32,000 nt of DNA, from positions 1,830,001 through 1,862,000 of the forward strand of contig NC_017080.1 in the NCBI RefSeq assembly GCF_000284115.1. Direction: 5' to 3'. The stretch is from Phycisphaera mikurensis NBRC 102666. Its GTDB lineage: Bacteria; Planctomycetota; Phycisphaerae; Phycisphaerales; Phycisphaeraceae. This document shows, piece after piece, positions 25,667 through 32,000 of the stretch. Numbering within the stretch: the first letter of the stretch is position 1; each line of letters starts with the position of its first letter. Under the pieces are notes generated by a model. It had not been told where the DNA came from. It saw only the letters and a program-made list of their open reading frames with translations, and made no database searches. The translations under genes were made by a program, and so were the position numbers.

Positions 25667-25787
25667 AAAAAGTGCGGCCGTCCAACACTCCCGTGGCCTC
25701 CCGGGTTGTCGATTCGGCAGCGTTCTGCCGTCGCGTTGCCGTTCTCGACAGCCGCACCGCTCCGGAAGCGGGTCGTAACGTCGCGTC

Positions 25788-26459
25788 GTGGCTCCACCCC
25801 GTCTCGAAGCACGCGCCGCCGGCCTCGCGTCGGGCCTGCTGCTCCTCGCCGCGATCCTCTCCGTGGGCTGCCAGGGCATCGCGAAACCCGCCGCGGGGGG
25901 AGCGGCGCCGGCGTCGAGCCCGCTCCCGGAGGCGACCTGGCCGGCACCGCCGCGGGTCGCGGAACGGGGCGCCGCTTCCGTGGTGATCGAGCATTCGTTC
26001 GCGGTCCCGCTCGTCGAGCTCCGCCGCTTCCTCCGCGGTGGCGAGCGGATCGCCGCGGCGGTGGAGGCGAGCGAGCGGATGCCGGCACGGACCGGGGCCG
26101 AGGCGGTCGCGGGGGTCTGGCCGGAGGCGGGCGCCGTGCGGCGGGTGACCTTCGCGGACGGCGGCCACGCGTGGGAGCGGGTGCTCCCGAGCGACTCGCC
26201 GCACCGGTTCCGCTGGCAGACGTGGGGCCACACCGGCCCGGCCGGCGTGCACGTCGCCTACGCGGTCGGGGAGCACGCCTGGTCGACGCCCGGCGAAGGC
26301 GTCTCCCGGCTCGTCTGGACGCACACGCTTCACCCCAACCACCCGCTCAAGCGGTTCCTCGTGCAACGCTTCGCCGACCGAGACCTGGCGCCGAGGCTGG
26401 AGGCGGCGCTGGAGCGGGTCGCGGCGGCGGCGGAAGAGGCGTCCGCCCGCGGATCGTGA
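25788..26459 (+). CDS. Putative lipoprotein of unknown function
   Basis: 223 aa; GTG start; N-terminal hydrophobic segment ending ...LLLLAAILSVGC (lipobox-like); no confident domain. Confidence 0.65.
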   Translation: MAPPRLEARAAGLASGLLLLAAILSVGCQGIAKPAAGGAAPASSPLPEATWPAPPRVAERGAASVVIEHSFAVPLVELRRFLRGGERIAAAVEASERMPARTGAEAVAGVWPEAGAVRRVTFADGGHAWERVLPSDSPHRFRWQTWGHTGPAGVHVAYAVGEHAWSTPGEGVSRLVWTHTLHPNHPLKRFLVQRFADRDLAPRLEAALERVAAAAEEASARGS

Positions 26460-26612
26460 TCCGCTCGCCCCGCCGTCCTGCGCAGCGTGCCCGGCACACC
26501 CGATGTGCCGCGTCTCGGCGTCGGCGAGGCCGCACCGGGCACGCTCCGCCCGGCCGGGCGGTCGCGCATACTCCGCCGCCACGCCCGCCCTCGGTGCGTC
26601 GGCCTCCCGCTC

Positions 26613-28304
26613 ATGACGATCACGCTCGCCCGCTACATCCTCCGCGAGGTCCTCAAGGTCGGCACGCTGACCTGCGCGGTGCTCGTGGGGGTGATCAGCT
26701 TCGCGGCGGCGATCCGGCCGCTCAGCGACGGGCTGCTGCCGCCGTCGGCCCTGCTCCGCTTCGTCGGCTTCACGGCGCCCACGGTGCTCGGCTTCGCGTT
26801 GCCGTTCGCGGGTGCGTTCGCCTCGACGATCGTCTTCAGCCGGATGGCGCAGGACAACGAGGTGCTCGCCTGCTCCGCCGGGGGCATCAGCTACCGGCGG
26901 CTTCTGGCGCCGGTGCTCGCGCTGGGCCTGCTGCTGGCGGGGGTGCTGTACACGCTGTCGACGACGGTGGTGCCGAGCTTCTACCGGTCGGCCGAGGCGG
27001 TGGTGCGTTCGGACGTGGTCTCGATCCTCGCGGCGAAGCTGAACCAGCGGGAGCCCTACGAGATCCGGCCCGAGGGCGGCCGGTCGATGTACGCGCTCTT
27101 CGCGGACTCGGCCACGCTGTTCAAGCCCGAGGAAGTGGACGGGCTCGCCGCCGTTCCCGGCGGCGACCGCGTCCGGCAGGTGGTGCAGCTGCGTGGGGTC
27201 GCGCTCGGAGAGTTGGACCGCAAGACCCGCGTGCCCGGGCCGGCGAGCACGGCGGCACGGGCGACGGTCTACGTGTCGGACGTGCAGGGACGATCGGACA
27301 GCGCGCTGTCCGGCGTGCTGCGCGGGGTGGTGCGTTTCGATCCTTCGACGCAGGACTACCTCCGCGTGGAGCGGGTGCCGCTGGGGCCTTACCTGGTGCC
27401 CAGCCCGCTGTCCGACGACATCAAGTTCTTCTCCGGTGCCGAGCTGCGGCGCTTGCGGAGCGAGCCGGAGCGGTACGACGAGGTCGCCAAGGCGATGGAT
27501 CGGCTGAGCTCGGCACTGGCCACGGAGCGGCTGCGGCTGGTGATCTCCGCGAGCGGGTCGACGGTGACGCTCAACGGGCCCATCGGCGACGAGCGCTTCG
27601 TGCTCGAGGCCGCGGGGATCGTCCCCGACGGGAGCGGGCTGCGGGCGCTGGGCGTCGGCGGCGGGCCGGTGGTGGTGCGGCGCTTCGCGGAGGCGGCCGG
27701 CGGCGGGCGGCGGGCGGAACGCGTCTTCCAGGCGGACGAGGCGCGGCTGAGCATCGACTCCTCGCGGGGCCGGGTGCTGCCGACGATCCGGCTGGACCTG
27801 GTCGGCGTGACGGTGCAGCCCGGCGACACGCGGCAAGCGGAGCTCGCCCTGCCGGACCTCGTCTGGCCGGAGCCGATCTTCGAGACCGAGCGCCAGGAGC
27901 TGAGCTTCGAGGGTCTGCTGGAGCTCTCCACCTCGCCGACCTACGCCGACTCCGAGGGCGTGCTCGCGGCCCGGCGGAAGCTCTCCGGCGAGCTCTTCCG
28001 GCTCGACCGACGGATCAGCTTCCAGAGCCACCGCCGGGCCGCCTCGGCGGCCGCTTGCACGCTGCTGCTCCTGCTCGGGGCGTTGCTGTCGATCCAGCTC
28101 CGGCACCAGATGCCGCTGGTGGTCTTCTTCTGGAGCTTCCTGCTGGCGATCACCACCATCATCCTGATCAACGCCGGAGAGAACGTGGCCACCGGCGAGG
28201 CCGGCGGCTGGGGCGGCGTCCTCGGCCTCGCCGTCACCTGGACCGGCGTGGCGGTTCTGGTGGGGGTCTGCTTGTGGAGCTACCGCCGCGTCCGGCGACA
28301 CTGA
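26613..28304 (+). CDS. LptF/LptG family permease (LPS export ABC permease-like)
   Basis: MTITLARYILREVLKVGTLTCAVLVGVISFAAAIRPLSDG...FALPFAGAFASTIVFSRMAQDNEVLACSAGGISYRRLLAPVLALGLLLAG; 563 aa. Confidence 0.85.
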   Translation: MTITLARYILREVLKVGTLTCAVLVGVISFAAAIRPLSDGLLPPSALLRFVGFTAPTVLGFALPFAGAFASTIVFSRMAQDNEVLACSAGGISYRRLLAPVLALGLLLAGVLYTLSTTVVPSFYRSAEAVVRSDVVSILAAKLNQREPYEIRPEGGRSMYALFADSATLFKPEEVDGLAAVPGGDRVRQVVQLRGVALGELDRKTRVPGPASTAARATVYVSDVQGRSDSALSGVLRGVVRFDPSTQDYLRVERVPLGPYLVPSPLSDDIKFFSGAELRRLRSEPERYDEVAKAMDRLSSALATERLRLVISASGSTVTLNGPIGDERFVLEAAGIVPDGSGLRALGVGGGPVVVRRFAEAAGGGRRAERVFQADEARLSIDSSRGRVLPTIRLDLVGVTVQPGDTRQAELALPDLVWPEPIFETERQELSFEGLLELSTSPTYADSEGVLAARRKLSGELFRLDRRISFQSHRRAASAAACTLLLLLGALLSIQLRHQMPLVVFFWSFLLAITTIILINAGENVATGEAGGWGGVLGLAVTWTGVAVLVGVCLWSYRRVRRH

Positions 28305-28456
28305 GGCGCGGCCACGCCGCAGGCCGGAACCTCAAGCGCCGCTCCAACCTTTTCCCCCCGGTCCGCCTCCGCACCGGCCCGGTCCGCCCGGCGGGCCCTC
28401 GCTCCGCACGGATCTCCTCCTCGCTCGCTGCTCGCTAGAACGGAAGCGCCAACCTC

Positions 28457-29647
28457 ATGCGCACCCTCGACGCCTACCTCGTCCGCCTCTTCCTGCTGAA
28501 CTTCGTCGTGCTGCTCGCGGTGCTGATGACGCTCTTCGTGCTGGTGGACTTCATCGTCGACATCGACGAGTTCCTGCAGGCGGGCGTGGCGTGGGCGGCG
28601 GAGGGGCGGTTCGGCGGCAGCCGGCTCTTCGCGACGGTGGGCGCGGTGCTGAGCTACTACGGGCCGCAGGTCTTGCTGATCTACGTGTTCCTCTCGGGGC
28701 CGATCGTGGTGGGGGCGATGGGTTTCACCTTCACGCAGCTGACTCGGCAGCGCGAGCTGCTCGCGATGCTCGCCGGCGGGATCTCGCTGCACCGCGTCGG
28801 CCTGCCGGTGATCGCCGCCGGTGCGGTGCTCGCCGCGGCGACGCTGCCGATGCAGGAGTTCGTGCTCCCGCGGCTCGCCGGCGAGTTGCTGCGGACCAAG
28901 GCGCAGCTGAAGAACAGCGAGGAGCGGGCCAACCCGGTGGTCTTCGTGCCCGATGGCAGCGGGAATCTCTGGAGCGCGGCGGACTTCGCCGCCGCGGCGA
29001 AGCCGCCGCGGCTGACCAAGCTGCGGGTGCTGCAGCGGGACGGGAGCGGCGGGCTCGAGCGCCTGGTGCTGGCGGAGGAGGCCCTGTGGGCGGAGGACGC
29101 GCGGGCGGTGGCGATGAACGCGCCGATCACCGGCCGGTGGGAGCTGATCCAGGGCGACGGCTTGCGGCCGCCGGCGGTGCCGGCCTCGGGCGTGGCGGGC
29201 GGTGGCGGCGGGGAGCGGGAGCTCCAGAAGCTCGAGCCGGTGCCCTACCTCCAGAGCCAGCTCTCGCCGGAGGTGCTCGTCGCCAACCAGGCGGCGCTGC
29301 TGCCCTCGGTGCTGTCGCTTCGTCGGCTGCAGGCGCTCGCGAGCAACGAGGCGCTCGCTCCGCGGCAGCGGGCGACATTCACGCGGACGGTCTGGGGCCG
29401 CTTCAGCCTGCTGATCCTCAACGTCCTGCTGCTGGTGATCGCGTTGCCCTTCTTCCTCCGGCGGGTGCCCGGCGACGCGATGAAGCTCTCGGTGCAGGCC
29501 TGCGGCGTGGTGCTGGGGGCGTGGGCGGGCGGCATCCTCATGCTCCAGGCCTCGCCGGCGGCGTTGCCGCCGGTGGTCAGCGCGTGGATCCCGGTGGCGG
29601 CGTACCTGCCCGTGGCGGCGTTCGCGGCGACGCGGATCCGGACGTGA
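28457..29647 (+). CDS. LptF/LptG family permease
   Basis: MRTLDAYLVRLFLLNFVVLLAVLMTLFVLVDFIVDIDEF...VGAMGFTFTQLTRQRELLAMLAGGISLHRVGLPVIAAG...; 396 aa. Confidence 0.88.
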   Translation: MRTLDAYLVRLFLLNFVVLLAVLMTLFVLVDFIVDIDEFLQAGVAWAAEGRFGGSRLFATVGAVLSYYGPQVLLIYVFLSGPIVVGAMGFTFTQLTRQRELLAMLAGGISLHRVGLPVIAAGAVLAAATLPMQEFVLPRLAGELLRTKAQLKNSEERANPVVFVPDGSGNLWSAADFAAAAKPPRLTKLRVLQRDGSGGLERLVLAEEALWAEDARAVAMNAPITGRWELIQGDGLRPPAVPASGVAGGGGGERELQKLEPVPYLQSQLSPEVLVANQAALLPSVLSLRRLQALASNEALAPRQRATFTRTVWGRFSLLILNVLLLVIALPFFLRRVPGDAMKLSVQACGVVLGAWAGGILMLQASPAALPPVVSAWIPVAAYLPVAAFAATRIRT

Positions 29648-29773
29648 ACGCGGCGGAAGACCCCGGGGGTGGCTCCGCCGGCCGGGCGGGCTGCGCCGGG
29701 CGAGCGATCGTCCTCCCGCTTGCGCCCGGAGGCGACCGGACCGCGCCGCCTCGCTCCTCTTTACGCTCCGCCC

Positions 29774-30592
29774 ATGCCCTCCCGCGTCAAGGACTCCTTC
29801 GCCGCCCTCCGCTCCTCCGGTCGCCGCGGCTTGATGCCCTTCGTGACGGCGGGGGATCCGTCGCTGGACGACCTGCCCGACCTGCTGGCGGCGCTGGAAG
29901 CCGGGGGCGCGACGGCGGTGGAGGTGGGGATCCCCTTCAGCGACCCGGTGGCGGACGGCCCGGTCATCGCGGAGTCGATGCAGCACGCGCTGCGGGGGGG
30001 CGTGACCGTGGCGGCTGTTTTCGCGGCCGTCCGGGAGGCGCGGCGGCGGGTGTCGATCCCGCTGGTGGCGATGCTGAGCTACTCGATCGTCTACCGGCTG
30101 GGCCTGGACCGCTTCTGCGAGGAAGCCGCGGCTGCGGGCTTCGACGGGCTCATCATCCCGGACCTCGCCGTCGAAGAATCGGCGGAATCGGCGGCGGCCG
30201 CGGCGCGGGCGGGGCTGACGCTGAGCCTCCTGGTGGCCCCGTCGACGCCGCCAAAGCGGGCGGCGCGGCTGGCAGAGGCGAGCACGGGCTTCGTGTACGT
30301 CGTCAGCCGCGCGGGCATCACCGGGGCCGACAAGGACGTGCCGGAGGGGCTGGCGGAGCGGGTGGCGGGCTTGCGGGCCGCGACGGACCTCCCGCTGGCC
30401 GTGGGCTTCGGCATCGCCTCGGCGGCGCAGGTCCGCCAGGTGGTGGGCGCAGCGGACGCGGCCATCGTCGGCTCGGCGCTGGTCCGCCGGCTCGCGGGCT
30501 TCCGGGGCGACGGGCACGCCGCGGCGGCCGACGCGGCGCGGGCGTTCGTCGCCGAGCTCGCGGCGGGCCTGCCGGCTCCGGCGGCGGCATGA
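29774..30592 (+). CDS. trpA: Tryptophan synthase alpha subunit
   Basis: GLMPFVTAGDPSLDDLPDLLAALEAGGATAVEVGIPFSDPVADGPVIAESMQHAL, GFDGLIIPDLAVEES, GFVYVVSRAGITGADKDVP, AVGFGIASAAQVRQV; 272 aa. Confidence 0.97.
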   Translation: MPSRVKDSFAALRSSGRRGLMPFVTAGDPSLDDLPDLLAALEAGGATAVEVGIPFSDPVADGPVIAESMQHALRGGVTVAAVFAAVREARRRVSIPLVAMLSYSIVYRLGLDRFCEEAAAAGFDGLIIPDLAVEESAESAAAAARAGLTLSLLVAPSTPPKRAARLAEASTGFVYVVSRAGITGADKDVPEGLAERVAGLRAATDLPLAVGFGIASAAQVRQVVGAADAAIVGSALVRRLAGFRGDGHAAAADAARAFVAELAAGLPAPAAA

Positions 30593-30662
30593 GCCCGGTT
30601 CAGCGGCAGGGCCGCGGCGCCCGTTCGAGACGGCTCCCCGCCCGGGTCGATAGAACAGGCCG

Positions 30663-32000
30663 ATGCATGCAAGCCCCGCGCCCTTTCCGAGCCGCTCCGC
30701 CCTTGCCCCGCTCCGCCCCGCCCGGGAGACGCGGGTCGTGGCGGCCACGCGCTCGCGGTTGAGCGCCCGACGCGGGGGCCGTCTGCGGGCGGGCTTGGCC
30801 ACGCTGATCCCGCTCGCTCTCTTTGCGGGCGCGGCCCGGGCGGCGGAGGCCGGGGGCGACGAGATGCTCTCCGCGGCGTTCACGCGGGAGGCGCTGGCGC
30901 TGCTCGCCGAAGGCGGCCCCGAGGCGGCGGCCCAAGGTTCCGAGGCCGCACCCCTCGAGGCCGCGGCGGTGCTGCTGGACCTCTCCGCGGGGCTGACGCC
31001 GGAAGCCTCGGAGATGCAGTGGCTGCGGGCGGACCTCGCCGAGCGTCGCGGCGACGTGGGCACCCTCCGAGACGCGCTGGGTGCCTACCTGCGGGAGCGG
31101 CCCGAGGACGACGCCGCGCTGCTGAAGGCGGCCCTGGTGCGGGTGACCGAGGCCCAGACGCTCGACGGCCGGCTCACGCGGATGAAGGAGATCCTCGCCT
31201 CCTCCGCGCGCGGCGGCGAGGCGACGGCCGCGATGCGGTCGCGTCTGTCGCTGCTGGCCAGCGAAGCGGCGGCGGAGCTCGGCAACGCGTCGGAGCGGAT
31301 CTCGCTGCTCGGCCAGGCCGCCGCGCTGGACCCGGCCAACGCCGCCGCCGCCGCCGGCGTTTTCGATCTGCTCGCGGCCCGCGACGCCGGAGCGAAGCGG
31401 CTGGGCGCCGCGGCGGCCAACTGGGTCTTCGCGGCGCCGGTGGACGCGGTGCCCCGCCTGGCGCTCGCGCGGGTGCTGGCCGGCGAGGGAGCGCACGCCG
31501 TGGCCGCCGATCAGTACGAGCGGGCCTCGGTCTTCAGCGGCGCGACGCTGCTGCCGCTCCCGGACCTGCGGCGCTACGCGACGGCTCTTCTGGCGACCGG
31601 GCGGGAGCGCGAGGCCCGCGAGATGCTCTCCGCCGCGGAAGCGCGTCTCGCCGCCGGCGAGCCCGGGACCGACGCGGGCGAGCGGCGGCTCATCGACCTG
31701 TTCCTGGTGGTCCTCGCCGAGCCGGGCGCCGAGGCGGCCGCCCTGGAACGGCTCCACGAGCGGGCCGGGGCGCTCGTCGACCGTGGCGGGCCGGAGGAGC
31801 GGGAGGAGGCCCGGTTGGACCGCGCCTGGATCGACGCCGTGCTCGCGGTGCGGCCGGTGGAGGAGGCCGAGGCGGCGCTGGAGCTCGCCGGCGGCCGCTA
31901 CGCCGACGCCGACCCGCGGCGGGAGGTCGCCGCGGGTTGGATCGCGCTGCGGCGCGGGGACCCGGCGGCGGCCCGAGCGGCTTTCTCCAGCGTCCCGGAG
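30663..32000 (+). CDS. TPR-like hypothetical secreted/membrane protein, partial (runs off window)
   Basis: Manual translation from ATG 30663 is open to 32000 (446 codons): MHASPAPFPSRSALAPLRPARETRVVAATRSRLSARRGGRLRAGLATLIPLALFAGAARAAEAGGDEML...; alanine-rich helical-repeat style. Confidence 0.7.
   Translation, partial: MHASPAPFPSRSALAPLRPARETRVVAATRSRLSARRGGRLRAGLATLIPLALFAGAARAAEAGGDEMLSAAFTREALALLAEGGPEAAAQGSEAAPLEAAAVLLDLSAGLTPEASEMQWLRADLAERRGDVGTLRDALGAYLRERPEDDAALLKAALVRVTEAQTLDGRLTRMKEILASSARGGEATAAMRSRLSLLASEAAAELGNASERISLLGQAAALDPANAAAAAGVFDLLAARDAGAKRLGAAAANWVFAAPVDAVPRLALARVLAGEGAHAVAADQYERASVFSGATLLPLPDLRRYATALLATGREREAREMLSAAEARLAAGEPGTDAGERRLIDLFLVVLAEPGAEAAALERLHERAGALVDRGGPEEREEARLDRAWIDAVLAVRPVEEAEAALELAGGRYADADPRREVAAGWIALRRGDPAAARAAFSSVPE

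Noticed and set aside
25098-28301. 1067-aa minus-strand ORF
   Set aside because: Only the Hsp20 part (25098-25571) is supported; the rest is antisense to the lipoprotein and LptF/G genes.
28358-28388. Direct repeat CCGGTCCGCC ... CCGGTCCGCC after the first LptF/G gene
   Set aside because: Only two short copies in very GC-rich DNA; consistent with chance.

Overview
High-GC (>70%) bacterial chromosomal window. Gene content and style (tandem SPFH genes, unusually long SecA, LptF/LptG-type permeases) look like Planctomycetota, perhaps Phycisphaerae; this placement is inference. I support about 22 protein-coding genes: a ZnuA-like metal-binding protein (partial) next to a CobW/ZigA GTPase; three SPFH/HflKC-type genes; an ABC ATPase plus permease; a TPR-like protein; a pyruvate-carboxylase-type carboxyltransferase; an EEP-fold nuclease/phosphatase; trmL; a trpG/pabA-type amidotransferase; secA; a DUF4332-like protein; rph; hsp20; a putative lipoprotein; two LptF/LptG permeases; trpA; and a partial TPR-like protein. 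I saw no rRNA, tRNA, CRISPR array or transposase. The most interesting material is outside the gene calls. (1) A dispersed 46-bp inverted repeat, CCGCGGACCG-N26-CGGTCCGCGG, occurs 5 times with exactly the same spacing and different spacers, always at or near a gene 3' end. (2) A tandem array of four ~193-bp units with nested palindromes, plus diverged or deleted relatives on the other side of the EEP gene. (3) Three long intergenic inverted repeats built from degenerate purine-rich octamers, in consecutive gaps of the SPFH/ABC cluster. (4) A perfect sigma-54 promoter match followed by a Shine-Dalgarno-sequestering hairpin upstream of hsp20, a candidate RNA thermometer. No complete new defence or mobile system is evident.
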